A stretch of DNA of 64,000 nt from Octopus bimaculoides. Taxonomy: Eukaryota. The position numbers and the translations under genes are program-made. Positions within the stretch are counted from its first letter, which is position 1; each line of letters opens with the position of its first letter. The notes beneath the pieces are model-generated. The model saw only the letters and a list, made by a program, of their open reading frames with translations. It was not told where the DNA came from and searched no databases. Location of the stretch: assembly GCF_001194135.2 (NCBI RefSeq), contig NC_068982.1:66927200-66991199 (forward strand). Direction: 5' to 3'. This document shows, piece after piece, positions 35,755 to 46,904 of the stretch.

Positions 35755-36280
35755 ACATGGGCGTGTAGTTAAGATGTTTACTTCCCAATCTCATGGTTTT
35801 GAGTTCAGTCCCAAAATGAGGAATCTTGGGCAAGTGTTTTCTACTATAGGCCTAGATTAACCAAAGCCTTGTGGGTGTTTCTGAAAAATGGAAACTGAAA
35901 GACGCCCATTATACATACATAATATATATATATATATATCATCATTATCATTTAATGACCATGTTCATGCTGGCATGAATTGAAGGTTTTGAGAGGAACC
36001 GATGTGCCAGAGGACAGCATCAAGCTCCAATGGGGAGAGGTTGTGACTTCTTGTCTTGACATAGCACATGAGTTATAAACAACCCTCACCATAGTATAAA
36101 CAATGTTGCAAGTTTTACACTCTTTCATGAAAACATGTCTGCCCATAGGGAAATATCAACTTGGAAGTTGGTAAGGGGTGACAAAATGAAGGGCATCCAG
36201 TCAGAGAAAATTTGCCTCAATGAATTCCATTTAACTCATATAAGCAAAGAAAAGTCAAGGCTAAATGATGACGATGATAA
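35755..36280. mobile_element. Family C head (+) and family D tail pieces in both orientations
   Basis: TCTTGGGCAAGTGTTTTCTACTATAGG; (CAT)n-TTTAATGACC...; AAATGAAGGGCATCCAGTC. Confidence 0.6.
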
Positions 36281-36699
36281 CTATTATTTCGATATACAGT
36301 GTTATGTGTCAATAGAATCGTTTATTTTAATAAAGTGGCTGCTGCAAAACAACTACTTTCCACAGAAGAATGATGCATGTTTTCTTTTTCCTATAATTTT
36401 TCTTCTTTTCTTTTTTGGTTCCAGCAGAGATTGTGATACACTGCAATAAGAATGAAATGACGCAGTCTATATCTGCTCTTCATTCAATAGGAGAAACCAA
36501 AAATTTGCAGAATTATAATACAATGCTGTTGTTCAGTGTCAAATTTGAGCTGATCCAGAAGAGACTGATAGTCAAAGAGGTTAAAGATATGACCATACTG
36601 TCTTGGTTTAGAAATAGTGTCATTGTTAGCAGCACTTTTACATTAACAAGTTTATTTGATGAATCTTAGTGGTACGGACATGAGGTATATTGAAACAAT

Positions 36700-36860
36700 C
36701 ATCATTACCACCACCTCCATCATCATCGTCGTCATCATCATCACCACTAACAACATCATTGTTATCATAATTGTCACTACCACCATCATCATCATCATCA
36801 GTAGTAGCAGCTAACCTTAACTGAGTCACCAATATCATTATTGTCATTGTCGTCATCATT
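36700..36860. repeat. Degenerate (CAT/CAC)n trinucleotide tract
   Basis: Direct reading. Confidence 0.85.
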
Positions 36861-37042
36861 TTACACCTAGTTTTCTATGCAAAGGTGAGTTGTACAGGTT
36901 TCACAGCACCTCACCTTTTGTCATTTACACAGCAACAGTAAAGAAAAAATGGTAAGTCTTTATTGCTATATATGTCACTTGAGAAAAAATTTTTTTGTCT
37001 TTTTTACAATTGGATGCCTTTCCTCTTACCAAACCATTTTAA

Positions 37043-37262
37043 CCTTTAAGCATTTAAACTGGCCATATCTAACCCAAATATTCTGTCTTATCCTCAAAAT
37101 GGCCAGATCTGGCTTCTCACATCTACCTTGCAATATCATTCTAAAAATAAACAGTTGCATTATTGAAATCTCGAACCTATAAGATAATGCAGGATTAATT
37201 CAAAATAATGTGAATAAATAAGCATTACATTTAACAGTGTAATCTGAAAGCTAAATGGTTTA
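37043..37262. mobile_element. piggyBac-type MITE family 1
   Basis: TTAACCTTTAAGCATTTAAACTGGCC...CTGAAAGCTAAATGGTTTA. Confidence 0.75.
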
Positions 37263-37655
37263 CATACAGATGATTATAATATGGAATTATGTGATTCAAA
37301 GCACCCACTCTTTAACTTTTTCAAAAATAGTATGGAATATGGTAGGATTTGAAGGGTATATGGTTGTTATTTTGAGCAGATCAAGCAATCAGATAAACTC
37401 ATTCAAACTAGTAGGGGCATAAGAAAGAGAAACACTAAAAGTGCTAAAAATAATTTTTAAAGAATTCCATTACACTCACTTCAAACCCCATCTCTAAACA
37501 TTACTCTCCCTTCACACGCATATGAAACTATCCACCCTCTCTTCCTCTTGATTCATTGTCGATATCCTCTCATATGTTCACCTTCTTGTACCATGAGAGT
37601 ACACTCTGACACCCTATCACTACCATCTGTATTTTCTTCCCAACTATTCTGATGT

Positions 37656-37880
37656 GGAGGTGCATGGCTTAGTGGTAAGGGTGTTGGACTCATGATTGTA
37701 AAATTGTGGTTTTGATTCCTAGACCGGGTAATGCGTTGTATTCTTGAGCAAAACAATTTGTTTCACATTATTCCAGTCCACTCAACTGGCAAAAGAGAGT
37801 AATCTTGTGACAGACCAGCATCCCATCCTGGTGGGGAATACATATGCCATGAAACTGGGAAACTAGCCTTTGTGAGTCAG
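37656..37880 (+). mobile_element. SINE family E variant
   Basis: GGAGGTGCATGGCTTAGTGGTAAGGGTGTTGGACTC...TTTGATTCC. Confidence 0.75.
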
Positions 37881-38084
37881 CATGATTTGAGAAGGTAACT
37901 TATCTTTTTTAAACTATTCTGATCCTTATATGATGTTGGGTGACCATGTAGCTCCTCTATAGCAAGACATTTATGCTTGTCCGTCTATTATACTTTACTT
38001 TAGTCTTTCAACTTCTGGCATAAAGCCATTTCCCCCACCTAGTTGTGTGCTTATGTGTTTTTTTTTCCCCCCTGTTCTTTTTCT

Positions 38085-38280
38085 CTCATGCAAGTTGGCA
38101 GCCTCACTAGTTCAGGTTGGCACAAAAAAGAGCACCCAATACACACTATAAAGTGGTTGGCATTAGAAAGGGCATCCAGTTGTAGAAACCGTGCCACTAG
38201 AGCTCAGTGCAGCCCTGTAGCTTACCAGATCCTGTCAAACTGTCCATCCCATAGAAAACAGATGTTAAATGATGATGATG
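38085..38280 (+). mobile_element. RTE-type 3' tail (family D)
   Basis: AAGTGGTTGGCATTAGAAAGGGCATCCAGTTGTAGAAACC...GTTAAATGATGATG. Confidence 0.75.
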
Positions 38281-39109
38281 AGGAGGAGGGGTGGTATTTC
38301 TAAAATAATACATTGGTTTTTATAACAGGAGAAACTTTGTGTTGAATAAAATTGACTGTAACAAAATAAATGATCGTGGCTGTAGGTACATTCATATATT
38401 TTATTATGTCAATTGTAAGTCTACTTCAGAATGAGCAATTTGGGAGCGAGTTTCACAGCAGAAGTAAAGAAGAGGAACTTTTATTTATTTATTCATTTTT
38501 TTTTTTAGAGTGTGAAAAGTGAATGACACACTTAAACATGAACAGCTAGACCATTAAGGAATCTTAAAATCTGAACACAAGCTATGGTACACATGACTAA
38601 ACAAGTAAAATGATTACAAAGGAAATGAGGCATGTCAAGTAGACAGAAGGACTATGTTTTATTCTGTGATGCATTTATTTATGTAACTTACTCAAAATTT
38701 CACTTTTCACAAACCTGTGTGTGCATGTGTATGTATATGTATATGCATGTGTTTGTGAGTGTGCATGTATAGCTCTTTCCAAGTGGGTCAAAAACATTTT
38801 GTGAGAGTTTTATCGTTTCTTTTTAAAATAAACAATAAGACATTGATGTGTTTATGAGTAAGGAAGTAGCAGAAAGTGAGATAAATCTGGAGTACATAAA
38901 TATGGTGGGGTGGATTATGGGGTGGAAGAAAAAACGTGACAATAATAATACACAGGAAATGGATCAAAGAGAAAAATAGCAATTATGAAACTTTAAAAGC
39001 AATTATTAAAAGCATAAGGTGCTGGGACGGCTATAAGGGTATGAATGGCTGTCTGGATATGAAAGTTGCTTTGTAACCACATTGTTTTAAGTTCAAACCT
39101 AAAAGGTGT

Positions 39110-39289
39110 CTAATGATTTGTAGGTATGCGGCATTTCGTTATGCAACCATGATATACTATAAAGTATATTAAACGTTTTTGTAAGTCAATACCACAGTAG
39201 AAAGTGGTATTGACTTATAAAAACGTTTAATATACTTTATAGTATACTATGGTTGTATAACGAAATGCTGTGTACCTAAAAGTCATTAG
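39110..39289. repeat. Long imperfect palindrome (~86-bp arms, 8-nt loop)
   Basis: ...TATAAAGTATATTAAACGTTTTTGTAAGTCAATACCAC-AGTAGAAA-GTGGTATTGACTTATAAAAACGTTTAATATACTTTATA... Confidence 0.9.
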
Positions 39290-39408
39290 TGTTTACATAC
39301 TAGCTTCCAGGAATGTATTTAATATGTAAAATTGGTATATCCAATAACTACACCGCTATATATATAGTGGCTATTTAAGCAATGTGTTCGAGGATGATTG
39401 AAGGATTA

Positions 39409-39464
39409 GGTGAGTGCTGATGAAGAATCCCCCCCCCTTCCCTGAAATATGGCATATACGCACC
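39409..39464 (+). ncRNA. Type I hammerhead ribozyme motif (HHR3)
   Basis: GGU-GA-GUG-CUGAUGA-AG-(C-rich loop)-CU-GAAA-UAUG-G-CAUA-UA-CGC-ACC; intact core, AUA triplet, palindromic helix III, bulged helix I. Confidence 0.75.
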
Positions 39465-40122
39465 CATTACCCATTTTTCTTCTTCCATCTCATTATTTCA
39501 TCACACCTGACGTCTCGTACATACGAAATGTAACAAAAATCAGTGCTAGCTATAATGTCTATACACTATCTGCAGAGATAACCTTAACAAGTAATCTAAT
39601 AGGTGGCATTTTGGATGAACGTTTTTTATAATAGCCTCAGACTGAACAATGCATTATGAACCATAAAACTGACAAATGGCAACTGTACGAGAACAATATG
39701 TCATGTAGCACAGCAATTTCTACATGTTAAGAGTCATGAAATCAAAAATATCTTGTAAAACAAGCAGGCAAAAGTTGGCAACAGGAAGGACATCAAACCA
39801 TAGGATACCACCTCAATCATTTGTTCCCAATTCATGACAACATGGAAATAGTGAAAATAAGAAGGGATTCTTTATGCAACTCGGATGAAACAAACATCAA
39901 ACAAAAGAGTAAGGTGATTTTTGTTCAAAAGCACCAGTGTAACATTTTCTCGCCAACATTTATATCTTTTGATGACATATATAAACACACACACATAGCT
40001 ACATTTATCTATCTATCTATCTATCTATCTATCTGTATGTATGTACAGTGTGTGTGCTTATATAAATATGTGTGTGTGTGGTTATGTACATGTGTGTGCA
40101 TATATGTATATTAGAAAGAGGG

Positions 40123-40154
<32 letters not shown>

Positions 40155-40709
40155 TGTCAAATGTATTTGGTAGTATAAACAAGATAAATGGAAGTCAAAA
40201 TCACTTTGTAACTTTTGCTAATTAAGAACAAAATATATGTAAGGAAGGGCATTCAACCACAGAAACCTTACCAAAGTAGACAAAGGAAGCTAACACAGAC
40301 CTCAGGTTAGTCAGATTCTGTCAAACTATGTCAATATGGAACAAGAATGTTAAACAATGATGATAGCAATGAAAATGACTTATGTATGTATTCATTCACA
40401 AATCAATGTGTTCATATGACTTAGAACTTCCTTTTCTCATATCAGCCTTGTAGGTTCTCTCTAGATTAGAAACGCAGCCCAAATACTTGGAGCAGAGCAA
40501 CTTCCACTAAAGGCACCCAAGGACCAGGTCATAGGTGACAAATTTAACATACGACTTAAGAACCAGATTGGTCTCTCCAATGACCATCCACTATGGAGAA
40601 GACATATACCCAAGACTGAACCCTGAACTATACAGCTGTAAAGGAAACTCCCTAGCCACATAGCCATCCCACCTCTTCACCTTCCTTTATCCGAAACTAA
40701 CTGTTATGT

Positions 40710-41690
40710 AATCCACAAACCTGGAAGGGACTTTGCACCAACCGCAGATTTAGTCTGTGGTGCTCAGTAAGCTGTCCCATGGGAATTTTCAGTTACCCTC
40801 TGTGTCCAAAGTCTGTATCTCCTCTTCCCTCTCATCAAATTTCTCAATGAGGATGTCCCTAAATCTCTGACCATGTGAAGGGTTCTTTAGCTTCCAAATC
40901 CTTCTTTTCTGGATTGGTCTGCTTCTTGATATCCTTCTGACTTTGAGTCTAAAGTCACTAATAACTAGTCTATGCTGGGAGGGTATATTCTTCACCAGGG
41001 AGGGTCTTTGCGTTTAAGAGCAACCTTGCATCCCGCTGGTGAGGATGAAATCAATCTGGCTAGCAGAGTCACCTGAATGATAGGTTATCAGGTGGCTGTC
41101 TGGCTTCCTGAAGTTAGTGTTGCAGATCAATAGGTTGCTTGCATCACAGAACTCCAGCACCCTAGTTCCCTCTTCGTTTCAGAAACCAATTCCATGCCCC
41201 CCCCCCCTGTGAACATCATGGAAGATACCGGATTGCCATCCAACATGCCCATAAAAATTTCCAGCCACAAAGATGAGGTCATTGCCACTCGTCTTTGAGG
41301 TAGCCTGTAGAAGAGTATCATAACAGTGGTCCTTCTGGTCATTTGGTTAGCCCGCTTGTGGGGCGTGGGCAGAGATAATTGTAGCCACACTATTCTGCAG
41401 GACTAGCCTGAGTTTAAGCACTCTATCGCACACCCTGACTACCTCTATGACTTTATCCACTCATTTCTCTGCAGGGAGTATGCCTACAACTCCTAATCCA
41501 TTGCTGTTACCTTCCCAAAAGATTTTATACCAATGTATCTTGCCTGTGAGGATCCTGGCTGAAGCTTCTCTCCACCTTACCTCTTGTATGCAGCATACAT
41601 CAATACGTCTCCATTCAAGCATCTCTACAATTTCACTAGACCTATCTTTCAGTATGTCTACATTGACAGTGCCAACTCTAAAAACTGGGA
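40710..41690 (-). mobile_element. RTE-clade LINE N-terminal APE endonuclease domain (degenerate)
   Basis: FRVGTVNV...IDVCCIQEVRW...ISAHAPQAG...AGNFYGHVG...NEEGTRVLEFCDASNLLICNTNFRKPDSHLITYHSG...SQIDFIL...QHRLVISDF; few stops and frameshifts. Confidence 0.92.
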
Positions 41691-42102
41691 AAGGAATGTG
41701 GGAGGAGGTATGGGGAGGGGAGATGTTATGCAGTGCCTGAAAAGAAGAAGGAGGAGGTTTCCGTGTTCGTTACCTTTCTCCATTGAACTATTCTGCAGCT
41801 AATTTAATTATGGCTTCTACAAAGGAGACATAGCTCTAAGTTTCTTTTCTTTTCTTTTTCTATTTTTATTCACCCTACAAATTTCTGCATCAACTTTCTT
41901 GTTTTCTCATGTTTTTTGATGTACCATCATCCTGATTTTCAAATAGAACCATGTGATCAGAGACCAAAGATTGCTTGGAGACACAAGGCACATTATAAAA
42001 ACCTACTTAGACATGTGTCTCCACAGCAAGAAACTATTAGTAACTCTTATCTTTATACTGTGCACATTAAATGATATATAATATATATACTTAAGCACCC
42101 AC

Positions 42103-42270
42103 TACACTCTCGGAGTGGTTGGCGTTAGGAAGGGCATCCAGCTGTAGAAACTCTGCCAGATCAGATTGGAGCCTGGTGCAGCCATCTGGTTTGCCAGTCC
42201 TCAGTCAAATTGTCCAACCCATGCTAGCATGGAAAGCGGATGTTAAACAATGATGATGATGATGATGATA
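42103..42270 (+). mobile_element. RTE-type 3' tail (family D), young
   Basis: AAGCACCCACTACACTCTCGGAGTGGTTGGCGTTAGGAAGGGCATCCAGCTGTAGAAAC...(GAT)n. Confidence 0.9.
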
Positions 42271-42325
42271 TCATTGTAATACTTGTATTATATTATAGTA
42301 GATATCTAAATCAAACACAAACATG

Positions 42326-42356
<31 letters not shown>

Positions 42357-43137
42357 AGTAATGTTTATGGTTCAACAAATACTCATTTACAACAGTAACC
42401 TGTGCCAACTTTTCTCACTTAAATTATTAATTCAACAGGTCTCTGTCTTTGAAAACATCACGATTATATCTCAATTCTTCCCTCACTAGCCAACTTTATA
42501 TACATATCAGTCAAACAATATCTGCATCATTGATACACTTGACATCTCTCACTTGCAGGGTTTTCTTTATAAGAGCCAGTATTCTATCAGATAGCATAGA
42601 CCTGTCCTTTTGGAGCACTGTAAATTTTAGATGCTCCATAGGGGTAGGTACCTTCTCATGAAGTAATACTAGTCATTTGGTTGACTTCTATCCATGAAAC
42701 ATTTTTTTTTGTTCCGTTTTACATTTTTTTGTTTTTGTGTATGACTTTCCATTCTATTCCAGTTTCCCTATTCTCCTCATTGTCTTGTAACAATAATATG
42801 ATACAGCTAGTCATGGCCTCTGGCTAACTCTTTTCTGGGAGAGGAGCTACCTTGGCTTCTTCATCAGGCCCTGGCACAAGGACAAGGCTATTTCTTCCAC
42901 TATATCTTTCCACACAGCTGCAACTTGTAGTGCTATAAAAACAGCCATTGGGATATCTGCAGTCATACTGCTGCATCTGTTGTCCTCCACCCTCTTTCTT
43001 CTTTTGCTCTTCTTCCTCTTCTTTTCTTCCTCTTCTGAGCATAAAACCTCAAGTAGCTCTTACACATAGCAACTGGACTCCCCACTCTGCACCACCAGTT
43101 TGCTTGCATTCCTCTCAGCTCCTATGATGGGATGAGT

Positions 43138-43285
43138 GGAGGTATGTAACTTAGAGGTTAGGATGTTGAATTTGTGATCATAAGATTGTGGTTTCAATTC
43201 TTGGACCAGGCAATGCATTGTATTCTTGAGTAAAACATTTCATTTCACATTGCTCCAGTCCACTCAGCTGGCAAAAATGAGAAGT
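43138..43285 (+). mobile_element. SINE family E 5' part
   Basis: GTTTCAATTCTTGGACCAGG...TTCTTGAGTAAAACATTTCATTTCACATTGCTCCAGTCCACTCAGCTG. Confidence 0.7.
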
Positions 43286-43739
43286 ACCTGCATTTTGGGA
43301 ACCACTGGTTTACAATGCCAAAATATATACATAAATTAATAATTATTTATTTATCAATTAATTTTTGTGTTGTAAACACTGCAAAATAGTTGAGTTAAAT
43401 AAATAAAAATGTTTAAGTTACATAAATGTGTTTAAATATGTAGCTTTTCTCTAACTCACATAATAGTAACAAGAAAAACAAAACAAAACAAAAAAAAAAA
43501 CAAATATGAACTCCTTTTCCATCAAGTAAACAATGGTAAACACAATTTTCTCTAGAACTCAGCTAAAAATGTCTGCTCAGCACAAATAAACAACAGTAAT
43601 CATGGTGACAACAGCAATGATTTCATACATAGACATGTTCAAGGCCACAATTTGAAAGAAATAGTATACTTGGTGAAATCAAATCCCAGTGTATGACAAA
43701 TTCTGGTGGGAAGGGATCTAATCAATTATATCAATCTTA

Positions 43740-43970
43740 TTTCTTTATTGCCCACAAGGGGCTAAACATAGAGAGGACAAACAAGGACAGACAAAGGGAT
43801 TAAGTCGATTACATCGACCTCAGTGCGTAACTGGTACTTAATTTATCAACCCCGAAAGGATGAAAGGCAAAGTCGACCTCGGCGGAATTTGAACTCAGAA
43901 CGTAGCGGCAGATGAAATACCGTTAAGCATTTCGCCCGGTGTGCTAACGTTTCTGCCAGCTCACCACCTT
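43740..43970 (-). mobile_element. SINE family A, young full copy with distinct tail
   Basis: CpG-rich; centre GTCGACTTTGCCTTTCATCCTTTCGGGGTTGATAAATTAAGTACCAG (Meta-domain-like, tentative); 20-bp direct repeat AATCAATTATATCAATCTTA at 43720-43739 and 43978-43997. Confidence 0.92.
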
Positions 43971-44044
43971 TTATATCAATCAATTATATCAATCTTAGTA
44001 CCTGATTAATCCTTATGTTTTATCAACACCTCAAAAGCATAAAA

Positions 44045-44430
44045 AGCATCAGCTACAAAGTCAAGTGGCACTGCCCATAATGCAGAGGTGAGGAAAATAA
44101 ATAAATACAGGGGGCTGACCAACCACTATCAGTTTGTGCCAGTCACCACCAAGACATCAAGTATTCTAGGACCCTGTACTACCAATTTCCTCCACAAAAT
44201 AGGGATGATGACAGCCCATCGGAGAAATAAGCCCTACGAAGTGCAATGGCTGCTGCAGTGAATATCACTGGCCATTCTACATGACAATGCCATCGCAGTC
44301 ATTACTGTGGGGCGTGGCTGAGCATACCATTTGTTCTGGGGTATGTGGTCCATTGCTCCCTCCCATGCTATGTTCTGCTGCTTTAATCATCTCTTTTTTC
44401 TTTTGTATTTAAATGTTATAAATAAATAAA
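44045..44430 (+). mobile_element. CRE-clade LINE 3' fragment (RLE domain and 3'UTR)
   Basis: ASATKSSGTAHNAEVRKINKYRGLTNHYQFVPVTTKTSSILGP...WLLQ*ISLAILHDNAIAV; ends AATAAATAAAG. Confidence 0.7.
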
Positions 44431-44439
44431 GTGATCACT

Positions 44440-44880
44440 TCAAAGGCAAAGTTGGATTTGAACTCAGCTGGATTTGAACTCAGAATGCAAAGGAATGTAA
44501 TGAAATACCACAAAGCATATTTGTCCACTGTTTTTTCCAAGTCTGTTATCCAATGAATTTCTAACATGCACAAGGTCACAGACCTTTGGAGTGGGTCACT
44601 GGTATATCAATTATCTTGGTCTCAGTTTTTGCCTAGTACTTGAAATCAAGGTTGAACTTAAATTGTTTCTAATTTAGGCAGAAAGCTAACATTTTTCAGT
44701 GGAAGGGGTTAATCAATGCCATACACTCCAAGATTTGACTGATACTTTATTTTATCAACTCCCAAAAGAGATGAAAGACAAATTTGACATTGATGGTATC
44801 TGAATTCAGAACCTGAACAGTCAGAAGAAATACCACAAAGTATTTTTACCAATGCTCTTGTGATTCTGCCAGCTCATCAT

Positions 44881-44916
<36 letters not shown>

Positions 44917-45295
44917 CCTTTCTATTAAAGGCACAAGGCCTGAAATTTGAGGGGAGAGGACTAGTTGATTACATCAACCCCAGTGTTTCACTGGTACTTA
45001 ATTTATTGACCTTGAAAGGATGATAAGCAAAGTCAACCCCGATGGAATTTTTTAATAATGATGATGATGATGATGATGATACTGGTTTCAAATTTTAGCA
45101 CATGGCCAATAATTTCAGGGAAGGGGTAAGTCGATTACATCCCCTCCCCCCAATGCTTAACTGGTACATATTTTATCGATCTCAGAAGAATGAAAGGCAA
45201 AGTCAGCCTCAACAGAATTTGAACTCAGAACACAGTGATGATTGAAATGAGGCTAATCATTTTACCCAGCATGCTAATGATTCTGCCAGCTGGTC
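44440..45295 (-). mobile_element. Stack of about four family A SINE copies in the same orientation
   Basis: Copies at about 44440-44540, 44660-44880, 44915-45050 and 45080-45295, separated by (TAA)n/(TGA)n. Confidence 0.8.
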
Positions 45296-45307
45296 AATAA
45301 TAATAAC

Positions 45308-45360
<53 letters not shown>
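45296..45360. repeat. (AAT)n microsatellite
   Basis: Direct reading. Confidence 0.95.
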
Positions 45361-45363
<3 letters not shown>

Positions 45364-45639
45364 TTTATGAAAATTGATGTAACTCTTCAAAAAGGTAAAT
45401 AAGCAATAAGAAAAGTGTCTGTCTTCCTTCGGTTCAGATTGGAAAATGAAAAAAAGACAAAAATGCGGAAATATAGACATCTAAAATATGAATGAGAATA
45501 TCCTGCATTCCTTTTTAGACAAAATGACAGTATTAGTTTTTCATAAGTGGTAACAAAGGAAAAAAAAAAGGAAAAAAAAAAAAAAAAAAGAAAACAAGAA
45601 AGGGAACTCAGTCAAACAGTTTTGAGTAAATGTGATGAA

Positions 45640-46100
45640 ATTCGCCTGTCATTTTATATTCATTCCTCCAGGGAGTGACGTTAGAAATTCACAAATATAT
45701 TTATCCTTATGCATTTTGAGTGCTGAAAGTGCAGTAGTGTCAGAATATTTTCTGAGAATGTGCTCTTTCAAGTGTTCCCCAAAATTACAGCTATTTGATG
45801 TAAAATGTTTGGCAAGTACTGTTGAACTACTGCTATTGTGCCTGACGTCAAACCTACACCCACTGGATCTTTTATTGAATTGCTCTGTTGTGCAACCAAC
45901 ATAAATCCAGTTGTGTTTGATGCATTCCACTGCATACAGCAAATAAGAATCTTTTATATGTCCTATCTTCTGTATAAATCTGAACATATGTTACAATTTG
46001 TGATGGAATTGACTTGACTCATATTGTTGCACAATGAACAGGGCTTACCATTCTGCAAATTGGATGTAATGGAAGCAGTTTTTAAAAAAAACTTTTTATG
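45640..46100 (-). mobile_element. Penelope-like element C-terminus with GIY-YIG endonuclease
   Basis: GKPCSLCNNM linker, then frameshift to SYLLYAVECIKHNWIYVGCTTEQFNKRSSGCRFDVRH...VLAKHF...HIL...DKYICEFLTSLPGGMN*. Confidence 0.85.
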
Positions 46101-46119
46101 TATTTTTAGAAGACCATAA

Positions 46120-46265
46120 AATACAGCTGTTCTTAACTGGTACTTCATTCCACTGACTGCGAAAGATTGAAAGGCAAAGATGACCTTGGTGGAATTTGAA
46201 CTCAGAACATAGAAGTATGAAAGATATACCACAAAGTATTTTGTCTGACATGCTGACAATTCTTT
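46120..46265 (-). mobile_element. SINE family A, truncating the PLE fragment
   Basis: ACTGGTACTTCATT...GAAAGGCAAAGATGACCTTGGTGGAATTTGAACTCAGAAC. Confidence 0.75.
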
Positions 46266-46269
46266 CAAT

Positions 46270-46640
46270 AATGATGATTTTTATAATGATGATGGTGGTG
46301 GTGATAATGATGATGATGATGATGATGACAATGATGACAATGGTGATGATGATGATGACGATGGTGATGATGATGATGATTTCTTTTATTTGCCACATGG
46401 ATGTCTGATGAGGACAACATTACAAGGATAAGTTACAATTTGTGTGGAGATTTACATGAAAGCAATGAGAGGAAAAAAATGATGACGACAGTTGTGATGG
46501 TGATAACGGCATTACTGGTGGTGGTGTGGCAACGGCAGTAGTGGTAGTAGAATGATGGTGGTGACGGTGGTGGTAATGATGATGATGATGACTATGATGA
46601 TTACAGTGATAGAGGTGGTGTTGGCATTGGTGGTGACAAT
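46270..46640. repeat. Degenerate (GAT/GGT)n tract
   Basis: Direct reading. Confidence 0.85.
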
Positions 46641-46904
46641 GATTAATGTCACATCAGTTCTGAACAAAATCCTGTTGCCAAAGCTGTGTCTTCAGGGGTT
46701 AGTGTTAATTATAATATATAGCAGATAAACCAGCTTATTTAACTCAGACCCAAACTGTGAGAACAAGTATTAAAGAATATTCTCATGTTATACATGATTA
46801 AACTTCTATAAAATAATTGAAGTTCAATTTTTTTACATTTGCACATTTCAAGCAAAATTGTACAGGAAAATTAACAAAACGAAAAATAAAATCAATAGGC
46901 ACAA

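Noticed and set aside
36415-36669. 84-aa ORF after a long pyrimidine tract
   Set aside because: No recognisable motif; the length is expected by chance, and terminal-exon status is unsupported.
39507-39533. CUGACGU...CGUA-CA-UACG-AAA second hammerhead-like string near HHR3
   Set aside because: A9 is replaced by U and the helix II register is incompatible with the core.
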